Shown here: positions 37,471 through 51,748 of the stretch, piece after piece
How the letters are laid out: the number at the start of each line of letters is the position of its first letter
Numbering within the stretch: the stretch's first letter is position 1
Source: Tubiluchus corallicola
Lineage: Eukaryota; Animalia; Priapulida
NCBI GenBank assembly: GCA_030141605.1
Contig: JAQGDQ010000120.1
Span: 186,001-250,000 of the forward strand
DNA length: 64,000 nt
Reading direction: 5' to 3'
Notes under the pieces: model-generated
Databases searched by the model: none
What the model saw: only the letters and a program-made list of their open reading frames with translations
What the model was told of the DNA's origin: nothing
Translations under genes and position numbers: made by a program

Positions 37471-40400
37471 TCTCTAAAAGCTCTCTATTTTTAACCTTGT
37501 ATTTATTATATAGATGTACCGCTGTCAGTTGCTCAGAAGAATTTATGTGATTGTATGACCGCTTTTGTAGCATTGCTGTACCGCGTCCATTGCTGCAGCT
37601 GTTGCCAGGGCAGCGCACAGAAAAAATGATAATAGAAGACTGTCTTTCTGCACTAATAATCTAGCCAGTTTTATATTACTTCTAGTTACACTCACAGTAA
37701 TAGTCTTTACCATTGTTGCTACTTTTAATTTTATGGCCGTGTAATAGATAAATAAAATATGCGTTTGCCTTTGTTATTCATGTCAATACAATATTGCAAT
37801 AAGGAGATCATTTCGACCGTGATGACTAGGAAGTGTTGCAGGCTTACATTGGGCGCAAGGTGCAGGTCATACATCAGAAAGTGGAATAAAAGTATTTTTG
37901 GGGATGAGGTGAAAACGTAAAGCCATTTTTCAATGTAAGCCGTTTGTGCAAACTTCTTATATTTTGCGAAAGATTATAATTTATTTTCTTTCGAGATTAG
38001 AATAGCCGCAGACAACAATACATTTGGTACGTATTTGTATTGAAAACTGATGTTGTTAATCTTAAGCAGGTCATTCGGCCGTTTTTTTCTCATGTTACGA
38101 TAACCACTTTAATTTAAAAACACTTCTTATGTAGTACGTCATCATCCGTCCACGCATAATTTCTTGTAGTAGCATACAGTAAAGATTCTACGGTAAAATA
38201 TTCCAGAATTGTCTTAATAGATCTTGACAGTTCCTTCCTTACTAAAATTTTTTATGAAAGTACTATCATATACTTTTATGACACACATAGGCCTATAAGC
38301 ACACTGGTGCTTTTATGAGTAATCGTGTCTATTACCTAAACTCACATTTTTAAACAGTAACTGTGCAAATTAGTCGTGTATTACCTTTTACTACCTTTTA
38401 TGTTATAGTAATTGTAGTAAATTAGCGTTTTGTAGTGTAGCGTATTTGAGCACACACAACTATTTTCAATTGCTCTGTGTTTTATTTGACTTACATTTGC
38501 TTACAATTACAGGTATAACTGCACCTGATTTAATTTTAAATAACATTTTTTAATTATTAATTAACTAAAATGATATGGGTTTCACGTCAACTCCATAAAC
38601 AGGTTCTCTTATCTTGTTTTAAGCCATAACAATTATTCATGTATCACTCATAGCCAGCAGATGCAATTTTGGATAATCGTCTTTCGCTGTTGCAATAGCT
38701 GAGGCTTCTGCACTAATTAAACTCCGCGCGCACTCGTGTCACATTGCAGTATCATTAGTGGTCACTGTTCACATTGCACCATGATCAGTGGTCACTGGCC
38801 GGAGTTATTATTCTATGCGAAAGCTAAGCTGTTGGTCGATATCATTTGTATAGCAATTACAATGCCGAAAGAATAATTACTCCTGGGATTGGAAGCCTAA
38901 TAACAATTCCACATTAGAAATGTAAACATAGTAATCAGTGATAATCTAGTAGAGTGAACAGGTTTATTTACCTTGTCTTACGTGTTAAAAATCTACCACC
39001 ACCGAAGTCAGCATCCAATTATGAATTAATGCAAACGTGTGACTAATTGTCTGGGATGTTTGACGTCTTGCTGGGTAAAATGAGAGCTGGGTAAAAGCCG
39101 CAATTATATTTTAAATGGAAAAAAGAGTCAGTGCGAAATAGCTAAGTACGCAGTAACTTCTTGTCTTTATGGCGCAGTTGTCAACTTAAAACCTGAATTG
39201 AAGCTTGGTCTCTTCAGATGCTAACTTCCTGCTTCTGCAGCTTGACTACATGTCTTCATTCTCGTTACGAAATCAGAGCAAAAATAATAACGCGGAACTT
39301 TGAAAGGTCGCCGAACATAAGTAGAAGTTAAGCCTCATCGTTTGTTGAGAATTGCCTCTACATTCTAAGAGTAAGACTCAAACAGACTTTGATTACGAAA
39401 GAAAATCTGCTTTATGTAATAGAATAGCCATTCAAAATCTTACTAGTATTGGAGGAAGATCTAATGAGCACAAAGTTAAAATAACGAGGAAAATAAGTAA
39501 ATCTCTATTTTAGGTTATGCTGCGACGTGAACCAAAGAACTTTGAAAAAGTAAATACATACTTGTACATAGATAAAAAGAACATAAAAAACCTCCAGGAA
39601 AGTACGCGCAGTGCTTCCTAATAAATGTTCGAGTGAACGGAATAGGCATCTAACTAAATAGGCAAATGGATGCTTTCTTGGATATGCTCAAGTTAGAGTG
39701 TGTAATTGAGTGAGTGGATGAACGAAGAAATAGAGAAAGAAATAAAGATAAGTCGGGAGAGAAGAAAGGAAAATGTGTCACATGAGTTTAGTTAGATCTA
39801 CCAGCAACAAAAATTACTTAAAAATTTCATTTTCTGGAAAGGTTATTCAATACGGCGTCATTTATAAACCAGTTTTTCAAACCAGCCGGACAGCTACCTA
39901 ATCGAGGTCTGTCGACATTTATTGCTGAAGCCAGTAATTTGCAATAAATGTTTATTGTCAACAGAAGACTTTCATATAAGCGAAATCGAGCAATCAGTAA
40001 TGATTGCATTTTATAAGCACGTTGACTGGATTCCAGACGGATTGAATAACTTTCGTTATTTTGTCTAAGGGGTGAAATGCAACAACGCGTTCGGAGGAGC
40101 TTGACGGTGAAAAAACCAGAGGGCAAAAGATCACAGATCAAGGGACAACCAGACAAAGCACCACTGGCCAAAGAACCATCACGGATGAAGGACAACCAGT
40201 CAAAGGACCACCTTTAGCTGTTTTACCACTTTTAACTTTAAAATCAGGGGTATGGACTAAGTACCACCAGTGGGTGTGCTAACAGTAGTTAATATAACTA
40301 CTGTTAATATGTTATGTAATAACATACCAGGTGTTACCTGTAACTTCTCTGTAAGAATATATGCAGTTAATATGCATGTCTATAGCGGCGATGCGACCTC

Positions 40401-41119
40401 TGCATTTTATAAGTGTGCTGCAAAATTTGAAAAAGGCCGCAGTCATATTAACCAATACTAGCTGCGGTTTACTTGACAAATTTTGGTGGCAGTGTGTTAA
40501 ACGTTTTATGTTTACACGGGAAACGAGCATCTCCGAGTTTGGCAAGTCGTCGCTGTTAACTAACACCATGTGAAGACACGTTGAAGACAGAATATTTAGG
40601 CGAGCTGATTGAGGACACCAGCAGTTTAATATTGTAGTATAATTATGTGATGATTGATTGCAGTTACAACAGCTGCTGTCTCTTCAAATGTGTGTATCAT
40701 GTTATCAGTCTGTCTGATATTTTTGCCTCAAATTCCAAACCTTCCGCTAATCACAACTATCAATTATAGTTAATTGCATACCATAAAAAATGAACGTGGA
40801 ACATAGCACATGACAGTAATCTTCTACGTAACAAAACGTAGCAATCAGAAGCGGTTCTAAAATGAATCCAATTTTCATTGCTTTAATAACGTACTCACAT
40901 AATTTAATAAAGCCGCTAAAACCAATCAAACAGCAGCCCAACTGCAAGCCAGATTTGAAATATGCAACAAACTGATTCAAATTGGATTAGCTGTCAGCAA
41001 GAAGAACCAAAGGGTATGAAGAATTCGTAGCATATTTTCACGCAAAATTTGCTTTTTCTAGAACCACAACGACTAGAAAAAAACGATTTCACATTGGTAA
41101 TAATAATTTATACATCCTT

Positions 41120-41600
41120 CTTTGGTTTTGATTTTTGTTTTTTTTAGTAAAAACGCTTCATTGTTCAAACTTTTTGCCACCAGTCTACAGAATTCTCGAA
41201 TCTGCCTTACATCTGACATTGACTGGTAGCCGACGGCAGATTGCGCTTCAAAGTAACAAACTGATTTTTTTCTATTTTATCGTACTATAAATTTTCCGTA
41301 GGTATTTGTCTTACAGTTTGACCTACATATGTATTGCCATTGTCGTGACAACATTCATGACTAGGAAATTTTTCCTCACTTATACTCAACACTGGAAATA
41401 CACAACTAGTAAAAACTGGTTTTACATAAGTCCTCCTAAAGATAATTACCCACAAATGGCAACCTTGTATATCTAACAGAATTAGTTTGCATTTCACCAG
41501 ATGCTTCATTATTAGATAGCACTGTGATTCTGATGAGACAATTACGACAATTATTGTTTTTGAGTATAGCTTTCAAACCAACCTGAACTGATGCTTGCTT
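41120..41600 (-). mobile_element. Penelope-like retroelement remnant (linker + GIY-YIG endonuclease)
   Basis: Minus-strand fragments RYTRLPFVG, VKPVFTS, C..GNTYVGQTVRQI and EAFLL occur in the order expected for Penelope LPYIG...YIGQTxRxL...EA motifs. Confidence 0.72.
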
Positions 41601-41780
41601 TTAACTCTATTTAATATCAAGTTCTGCAATAGAGTGAATTGGATTTGTCCACCTGGCACATTGGTGTTTTGCAGGTGTGTGTGTTTTTGCCGCATGTTTT
41701 TCGTCATGAAGCCTATACATATATTATAGATCTCTAGACTTTATACATAGTTGCATATTTTCATATCTTTCTTTATGATT

Positions 41781-42025
41781 TTCATGATTTGTTGTAGATT
41801 GGGCATACTCTACAGAAAAATCAGTTTGCTAACACACGCAGCAAGAATAGTTGCCAACTATATTGCCGCCTATATATATATATATAGGCGGCAACTATTC
41901 TTTCTTCATTATATGTTCTACAAGCTATTTTCTGCTCTCTCGCTTACTGCTGTATCTGATTTCTTTTTCTGCGTGTGTTAGCAAACTGATTTTCATGTAG
42001 GGTATGCTCTATCTACAACAAATCA

Positions 42026-42029
<4 letters not shown>
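41781..42029. mobile_element. Nested palindromic (foldback/MITE-like) structure next to (TA)n
   Basis: ~60-bp arms (41781-41841 vs 41967-42029) plus inner palindrome TTGCCGCC(TA)8GGCGGCAA; followed by (AT)n at 42029-42068. Confidence 0.85.
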
Positions 42030-42073
<44 letters not shown>

Positions 42074-43659
42074 TAGAGGTATATACATACATATATAGGT
42101 GTACAAATTCAACTAGAGCGGTTCGGCAACATGCCATTTGTATCTGCTGCCATTAGCTGTTACGGTAGATGTCAGTTGTTAACTTGATCAATATAAGAAG
42201 AGTCCTTGATTGAGGTCAGTATTCTCTGGACTATACTACGCAATCGACACTGTAGTCACGTCAATTGCTCCCGTGTCACATTCAATCTGCATTGCGACGT
42301 GATTAGTGTCGTGGGGAATCAACTTGCGATAATAATTGACGAAATAGCACTGAAGCAAAGTGTTAGTGGTACAGGTGACTAACTCGTGTGTATCGGTGGT
42401 AATTTCTTGTGCAATGCTTTCTGACCTATTTTAAGCTGCGAAAAATAACATTAGGCGGTTGATTGGAAGAGTGACCGCATGGACAAAATGGATGCCAGTG
42501 GATAGACTGATGGATAGATTGGCACTTAGCGAAAGGAGAGATGATTGAAGGAATGATTGGCAGATATGCATGCAAGTAGGTAGACAGGTAGGCAAGCAGT
42601 TTTTTAGCGTATTAGTTTGACTAAAGTTTGTCTATTAAAAATTAACTTTGCTTTCACGTTCGTCTTCAGTTATTTTGAGAGAAACAAACTTTTGAATTAT
42701 ATTCGATCAATAACGAATGGCTTTGACGTTATTGTTAAAACATTGCATACTGATACCTTTAATATGTTACGGCATTGGCAAATTAATTACATTCAAGGGA
42801 GTAACTGAGTGTTTGCAGTGCAAGCTAAGCTAAGCTTAGCCACTAAAGTTAGACAACGCTGAGTCTGATCAGCAAATGGATGGATGTCACCTGGGAAATT
42901 CTCATAGAAACTTCACCTGCTATTCTGTACTACTATCTCTATTTATCTCTATCGCTATTTATCTTTTGAAAAAAGTTGTATGAAATTTGAAACGTGGTTA
43001 AGGCTAAAGCATCTCTGCCAGCCTAGTGTTCATCTTAGAAGATTATCGGTACTAAGTTCCAATTGCACCACAGCTAACTGCACTTTAACGTTGAGTGTTG
43101 AAACCCAGCTTGCTGATTACAGGACTGAATAGAAAAAAATCACAACACGATGTTCAGATCATACATTTATAACGCCAGGCCAAAAAAACAAGAAGAATCA
43201 GTTACAACCAGAATCTTATTCAGTCTTTTCTCTTACACCAAATCGAACAGGAGGACATTAAACTGACAAATCTTTTTAATTGCAGTTGTAACGTGTTGCA
43301 GCACTTACTTCACGAAATGGGCTTCGATTTCGTTTACCGTATTCCACGAAACTAAGAAACAGAGGCCGCGATTTTGCCGATTGCTATAACAGAAACGAGG
43401 CCATCTTGATTTTATTGATATTTCGATCGTGCTGCAATTTGGTTCTCTTCAAAACAGGCTGATTTTATTAATAAGGCTGAACTTTATGCTCAATTAGGGT
43501 GTACAATAGCGGCATCAGTTTTGATGTGACATTCCACAATTGACTACACTCTCCAAATTATGTGTTAGATTTGCATTTTTGCACGTTTCCTGTGCTGCCA
43601 TTTCTAACTTCATTTTACACTTCCTATACGTAATTAGTGTATATTGCTCAACGCCAGTA

Positions 43660-44240
43660 ATTTCAAGGGAGACTTGTAAACAGTGAACACACATCCATTA
43701 TAATGCACTAAGCCACAGAGAAATTTTCAGACATTATGGTATTGGAATTGACCGCTGGTAGGCTTCTTAATTTGGTATGTCAATGTTTTACTTTTTCATT
43801 ACAGACAAAAAGATTAAAAATACTATGATCGCAAGTGTAATCTTCGAAATATTTTTAGGCCGTTAAACATTTCTGAATCTAAATGCTCGCCAAAAAGTTA
43901 TGACTATATATACCATCGAGGATACTGATATGCGCTCAATTAAAATGTGTGTATTCGCAGGATACAAGTTGTGGTGTACTGCAAGGATCCTCCCTAGCAC
44001 CACAACTTTTCCTTGTCAGCATTAATGACCTTCCTGTTATTACTAATTTCAAAACACGTCGTTTTTACTGATGACGAGTCTTTTCCTTACTTCCACTAAT
44101 TTATTCACTTTACAACAGCATGCTAACGCAGAGCTAAAAATGACTACTGGATGCAAGCAAACAATCTGTCAGTTAATTACGACAAAACGAAATATAATTA
44201 TATTAATCAGCAGCAAACTTTCACTGCAGAGTTATCTACT
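43660..44240 (+). mobile_element. CR1/L2-type LINE RT fragment
   Basis: Translates to CGVLQGSSLAPQLFLVSINDLP...FTDD and WMQANNLSVNYDKTKY. Confidence 0.85.
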
Positions 44241-45689
44241 TTTTTTTTAAATGTACTGAATTCACAATGCCGCATACAGTGTGCTTGTCAGGTGGTGGGC
44301 GTCATTTCAAATTCCCATTTTCAAAATACAGCCAATTGCCGTATTACAATCACATCATTTTCGACATCGTTCTAATTCGCTTTTTTCTTCGATTGGCAAT
44401 TCGTCAGTAGGCTCCTGTTGGCAACCTAAGAATTAGATTAGTTTATTTAGGCATCTAGCAATGACGATTTTTGGTAATTTGCTTATACAGTATACACTAG
44501 AAGGGGCTAATTACATGTAGGTATGTACAATTTACAGTTGGTATGGTATATACATGTAACTCCATGCGTACAAGGTTATGCATGGGTATGCGTATAAGCA
44601 TTTAAGCATCAAGAGAAATTACGCATTGGTGGACCAATCATTTTGTCCCACTTGATTGCCGGCTTATCAACGTAATGGCCACAGTTGCATCGTTTTGGCG
44701 AAACTAAAAGGGTGATTACTGATAGGAATAATTGTTCAATAAATAAAAGCAATGGACTAAGATGAAGATTACTGGCTTTCAGCGTGAACAATTGCACCGG
44801 TAGGCACAAGGCAAACATTCGTTCAGGAGACTATATGCTGTTCATTCCGTAGCTTTTACTTTACAAAAAGATCAAAAGATTCAATTTGAATGACACGCGG
44901 ATTTAGTATGTCCACATTCAATCTCGGTAAAGGCCATTAAGTCTAATGAATAAAAACTTCGAATGATTTATGCAAGGAGAGAATAGAAAACGGTGCAGTG
45001 CACTCATTTTTTCCTATGGGTATTGAACTAAATTCTTTCAGAAAAGTTTCGGGTTCCAGCATAAACTGTGACGATAAAGTATTGCTACTACCGCTGTCTT
45101 GGTTGCTAAGTGACTGTGTTTACTACATACGGCGGATATTATAAAGCTATTAACAAGCAATTAAATGCGAGCTTTTGAAACATACACTACTTCATGGGAA
45201 ATCTTTATCCTCCCTTTATCCTCCCGTGGTTATCTCTTATCTCTCAACAAAAAGTATGTTTCATAATTATTGCAAAAGAGTATGTTACACAGATCTATTC
45301 GAGGTGTCTCTTCTACATATCCATAATATCTAAATCGAGCTCACTTCTCGTTTGGAGAAATGTGGAATGTACCTATGTACGATTGTACGTGGACTGTGAC
45401 GCATTATTGAAAAACAGTGATAGTGGTGAAACTACACATCCCACTGGACATCACGGAATACGTTCATCTCTTAATTTTGGTACAGTCGCGTCGCCTTAAT
45501 AATTAGTGTGTTTGGTTTAAATAAGTATTTATTATAATAATATACGCATATAGTACAATTTATGAAACAGAAGGCAAGCCTATTTAAAGTTGTCTGGAAC
45601 ATCCATCAGCATATAAAATATCAGTGTAATTACAGTTGTAATGTTTGTCTTATTAGTATAAATCTTAGGTTAACTGTTAACTATGTAAA

Positions 45690-45692
<3 letters not shown>

Positions 45693-45777
<85 letters not shown>
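45693..45777. repeat. (AT)n microsatellite
   Basis: Directly visible. Confidence 0.98.
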
Positions 45778-45778
<1 letters not shown>

Positions 45779-47860
45779 TGCGTGTTTTCTGATTATACAT
45801 TTTTTGCCATCATCTGGAGACGTAGAGCCGATTTCAATGGAATAATAGTAGTGAAAAACATCACCAACAAGAATTTGTTATCGTCTTTATTTAAACACGC
45901 CGAAAATACATACTTAAGTAATGTTTCGGACCTTGAAATATAATTATTGCATAGACTTCGCGCCTGCAGTCAACCAGTGATTTAGCGGCAAACTAAATTA
46001 AGATAATAACTAAATTGCATTAAAATTCTGCTCACGAGTCATTAACCACCAGTCAAATGCAGATTTCATTAAGGGAAGTTATTGGACTGTCTCACACACA
46101 CTAAGCAAGGATAATGAATTATTCAGAAAAAAAATTGACACCCACACAACATTGGTGCAAAATCAACCGCCAGCGCAACCTTTTGCTTGAACCGATGCTC
46201 TTTTTTTTCACACTCAACCGCTCCATTTCCGGCGCGAAGATTGGCTCTATCGACATTTTGATTTATTTGAAAATTGCGCAGCTAATTTGTGAAATCAACT
46301 TCGCGAGATTCAAGGAAACGCGTCGATGATCATTTGCATATTTCTGCGCACTGACAACGCGCTGAAAGAATGAATGCTTGACAGCAGATAAAAACTCAAA
46401 TAATTGCTGGTAATGAACAAGTTATCGGCATCTATAACAGAACAAAACTTAGTAATGAACTCGATTACGCAATTACGTCAAATTAGTTCGAGAAAACACA
46501 GCGTGAATTGCTTATACGAACAAAATCACCCTGTATATTATTTTAAAGCACAAAGTCTGAAAGGCCATTTATTGGATAAATACTATTCGTTAAACAAAGG
46601 AAAAATAGGCACGTATTAAACAATCTTGGGCTACCGCTGGTAGGCCTAAAATACTGTTGGTAAACATAAAGAGTAAAACAAGAAAAACATTTACGAAGTA
46701 GCAAGACAAGAAAAACAATGTAACGCAGATAAAAGACGAAGCAAGGGGACGCAAGAAGAAATATTGAACCTGTAAGCAAGTGCAAAGTAAAGTAATTGAT
46801 AAGGAATGTTAAGAGTTTCCTTGATACAATTAAAAGATAAATGGCAATTGCAAGGAAAACCGCGCCCAATCTTAAATTATAGCTGAAAACAATCCACCTG
46901 TAAAATATTGAAATAAACATATTATTTTTGCAAGAATGACCTACGTGAAAGAATTATTACCACAGAAACGTAATTTTGCGTTCTCACGGCTAGTGTAGTG
47001 AGAACACCTTCCCAAAACACGTGACTTAAGTTTGACATTACGCGAGTATTTAAGAGTCAGTCACACGCCCAAAGCGGTGGTGGCTGCAGAACTCATCATC
47101 CTTGATGTCACGCTTTTATATATGCTACGCTTATTATATTTTTTTCATAAACGGTTATTGTTATTACTTATATCAAGGGTTATGTTACTTATATTGGAAC
47201 CCAAGTTATGAATTCGCAACGCACCGCTACACCAGTTCTCCGGTTACCAGTTACATGCATTACTACACCAGTTACATGCATTTCACCATTCCCTAGTTAG
47301 AGCATGGGCACTAACGCCTGCGTTTTAGAAACGCGATGCACAAAAAAAAACAGGTGGTGACCTCTCAGATCAAAGGTTTTCATTTGTGACGTAGTGCAAC
47401 TTTGGAGATGTCTTGCATGAGCAGAGATGAGCAGAGCGGTAAACTTAAGATTTGAAATTCAATTTGTCGAGTTCTTGTATATCACACTGCATGTCGTACA
47501 GTCACAACGTATTTCAGTTTTCGCTTTCATAAACACGTGTAACTCCCTCGTGGAATGTTTGTGCTGCTGAAAATTGTGTTCAGTTGAGATGTCATCACTA
47601 GTTCGACTCAGCCGCTTTAATTAAGTTTTCAACCTTATTAATTAATTATCAGAAACGCTTTGGCATTATTATAGATGCTAGCATGTATGCTTTTTACTGT
47701 ACATCAAAATATGAAAAATCATCCTGTTCTGCTTTAATTTTGTGTTATCGAGAATTTGACAGTAGCCAACTTGTATACATTTATTTTTATAAGGATACTG
47801 GACATGTCTGATAGACAATGATGTCTGTTTTCATGCTCTTATTCCATTAACACGCAGAAA

Positions 47861-47875
47861 ACACTAGGGGGCGCC
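47861..47875 (+). promoter_or_regulatory. CTCF-like motif
   Basis: ACACTAGGGGGCGCC vs consensus CCACYAGRKGGCRC; an isolated GC-rich word in AT-rich DNA. Confidence 0.35.
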
Positions 47876-48959
47876 CACGTCGCACAGGCAAAAATGTTTA
47901 ATGACAAACAATGTCTTCTAAAGAAACCTAGAAAAATCTCATACATTCATTTTTGCTTCGGACACTGTAATAAATAAATGCTTGGCAGACAGGATCTTCA
48001 CGCTTATGTGAAACTTGGTTCACATATCCTACTTATGTGAGTAATAAAAGTCTCTTGAAATGCGAAACTTGAGGTGAAGCAAGGCAACATGTGCAACGCT
48101 GGAAATTTTTGAGGTAACGTGTAAGGTTCTTGCTACGATGATTTTAACAGGCTTCGCTCGCAATTACGGTAAAACACCCAAGAGTCTTTACGGAGTTAAT
48201 GTACTTTCTAGATCCTGCAAATAATTGTAGAATGTCAGAACTTATTATTAGGGATCGAAATGTCAACGGGATTCGGCTTCATGCTTTACTAAACCGTTGA
48301 AAAGTATTTTCTTTAAACTCAGAATTCTACTTAAACTTCGCGTCAGTTGTTTTAAGAAGAGGTGTGAAAAGGTAAATTTATTGATAGAGTAAACCTTTTG
48401 GATATAATCTGGAAGCTGTTTTAAATTTTAAGAAACTAAAATTGGTTATTACAATCTTACCAAACGGCCAAGACTGGATTTTGAGGTTCTTGTGTATGTT
48501 CTTTTATACATTTCAAGTTTTCGAACAAAAGAGTTAATTTACTGGCGCTAAACTACTGCTGGGCTAACATTCCTATCAACACGGCAGAACAAGAAGCAAA
48601 AATACTTGAATCACGGAACACAAAGGGCCGATGCGGCCAAGTTGAAAGGAAGATGCAAAAAGAAACAGAGTTTTTTAAATAACATAGGAAAATGAAGAAG
48701 GGTCAAATTTTTGAAGTCATTTTTCGGCAAGATATTGCAAGCATTTATTTTTAGTACTTGAAGTTTTAGATCTTATGTACGAAACTAAAAAAGAGTTATG
48801 GTAAATGACGTAATATTGTTTGCTGTTGTTGCTTGCCTCGAATTGTTTCCGCTGACTCTGCCAGAGCTTGTGTGGTTTGGTGATGTTTATGTTGTTGCCA
48901 GTGCTATTTCTGTTGACGGTTACCATTGTTCTCCATTGATAATAATCAGTAACTTTGTC

Positions 48960-49221
48960 GTTGACGATAAAGATAAAGGCGATGACATTGTTGATGATTA
49001 GAATGACGTTGACGATGATAGTGATAATGATGCTGATGATGATGATGACAACGACGATGACAACAACATCGACGACGACGACGGCAATGATGACGATGAG
49101 GAGGAGGAGGACGAGGGGGAGGAGACGACGACGACAAACGACAACTGTGATGATGATGAGGACGATGGTTATAATGACGACGACGATGATGATGATGATG
49201 CTGCTGCTGATGATGATGATA
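48960..49221. repeat. Degenerate (GAT/GAC/GAG)n trinucleotide repeat
   Basis: Directly visible; it explains the poly-H/M/S ORFs. Confidence 0.93.
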
Positions 49222-51370
49222 CTTTGATTTCCTCAGTGAAGGATGACGTTTCAGCTCTGGAAATTTTACACAGACAAGCTGCATCTTCACACGATCTACT
49301 TCTGAAAGCTTTAACAATGTAGGAAATTGCAAACAACATTATACTATTGAGTGTGACACTCAGCATACTGATTTTCTGCATTTTTAAGCGTGCTCAGAAA
49401 TTTTGTTCAGATATTGGACGACCCGGAGAATACAGCTGCTAATGCGTACAACTGGTAGAACTCATTCCTAAGTCAGGTACGGTAATAGCTTTCCTTACAA
49501 ATCAAATTACCACCCGATTATTAATCATAATCCGTGTCAACTAATCAGCGTTGAAATTTACGTGTGTGGACAACAATGTAAACAGCAATCAGTAACTCTC
49601 TATACAGCTCTAAACTTCTAGATTGTTACTCTGTCCATACAACCTAAATATTCGCGGAGAATTAGTGCCCTAGCATATGTTCTTAACAGATGCCATCAAC
49701 TATGTGCTCCTAATATTATTCACAGTAAAATGGATTTCTTCTACTAAGCACTACTGTTCTAATGCCAAATGTAAATGTTTATAAGCACAGTTATGTTTGA
49801 GCCCAGATGGACGTGGAATGTCAAACAAGCTAATTGACTGTGCTGGTTAACCGTCTAGTTGGCTGATTGATCAAGTGATGCGTACATGGTCATTTCAGAT
49901 AATTGAAAGAAAAAAGTTCGTTTTTGTAAATTTATATGATAATGTCGATCACGACAAATCTTTTTACGATTTTTTTGTAACTGAATTATTGATGTTACGT
50001 ATTTTCGCTTTCTTTGTGTCCAGATTGAAACCAACTTGTTTTTCAATTAAATTTGTATTATTTGCCGATATTGACCTGTTGAGACATTCGCAGGTTTTCA
50101 GATCAGTTATCAAGAATGGGTTCTAAAATTTTGTCAGGAGATGAATTCAGAAACGCCAGCTGTAACAGTTTGTAAACTTACTAGACTGCTTTCAGTAACT
50201 TGACAACATTTCAATTATCTTGGAGATGACAACTGAAAGCCGGGTGTGTTTTATGTTTGCTTCACTTTTCACTTCGCATTAACTCACTTTCACACAAGCG
50301 TCACACGGTGACTGATCAAACCTCTCTCTATCAGTCAACTGTCTATTCAGCAAGACTCCGCGAACGAAACCTTATACAAAAACTTGACGAAGACCCATTC
50401 AGACAGGCTGCTGCTGTCACACTTTTCACCACTGGGTTGACCTGCTTCTAGAATTTCACTTCATTAGCCTTTTCTTTTGTTAAACTTGCACTAATTCTAT
50501 TAACTCAAATTTTAGTTGCTGCGTGCATTTTATAGTTTACACAACGTAAAGCTTAAAAAACCAGTTTTCCAAAAAATATTCTTTGTTTTATGTAACAAAA
50601 AGAGGGCTTTAATTTTGTTCACACTGACCCATCAATAGCAACAGGAAGTTCTCCACAGCCACCACCGCGGATCCTTGCCTCAACATCAAGAAACACCTAA
50701 TGAAGCCCCTTGGTTGATGACATAAATACGATTTCCAGATGATCAGCATGTAGACAGTTGCAATGTTCTGCTCCATGCTTGTGTATACACGATCTAGTAG
50801 TAAACTAACACCATTCCGTTTGACTAGATGAATGGTCCTGTGTGCCCTACTCCATCAGCATTAATATGATTGCCGCCTTGTTAGTTAACTAGTGTCGCTG
50901 AAGAGTGCAACAAAATTCCTCGGGGAAGTGACGAGACAATTTTAATGCGCTGTACTAGATATTTGTGTTTTAGTTTGATATTTTCATGCGTTCACGATAG
51001 CTGGAAGTGAGACCATTAGATGTGAGTGTGTCCACGTGCTTACCGTATTAGCAGGTGCAGCAATGGTAGAGAACAACAACACCAACGGCAACGGCAACAC
51101 CAACAGCAGGAGCCTCAGCAATGCCACCACCAACAACAGCGATAACAAAAGTATCAGCGACATTTTGAGATAGTTTAAATTTATTAATTTTGAACGCAAG
51201 ATCAATTTTGACAATAGTAAACGATCATAACGTCATAAGTTAATATAGACAAAGAAACTTTTTTGTTTTAATATTTTAAGATCTTTGTTTGTTTGTCTCT
51301 TCACTCCTAAATTTCTTCAAAATTCTTTGCTTATAATTATTTTAATGAGCGACAAGGCCTTAATTGTCAA

Positions 51371-51748
51371 AGCCAATTATAAATGTAAATCAATGCCGTC
51401 ACGCAGCTAATTGTTATTCTGTAGCAATTTTCTTTTCGGCGTAAAAGCTACACACTGTTTTATTATTTGTTCCCACCGAAGTAATGATGGTGATAATTAT
51501 GATGATGGCGATGATGACGATAATGGTGATGATGAAGATGATGATGATGATGACGACGGTCGGAGCCAATTATAAATGTAAATCAATGCCGTCACGTAGC
51601 TAATTGTTATTCTATAGCAATTTTCTTTTCGGCGTGAAAGCTACACACTGTTTTATTATTTGTTCCCACCGAAGTAATGATGGTGATAATTATGATGATG
51701 GCGATGAAGACGATAATGGTGATGATGAAGATGATGATGATGACGACG
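51371..51748. repeat. Tandem duplication of ~188 bp (51371-51558 and 51564-51748)
   Basis: Copies differ by four substitutions and one GAT unit and are separated by GTCGG; each ends in a (GAT)n tract. Confidence 0.95.
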
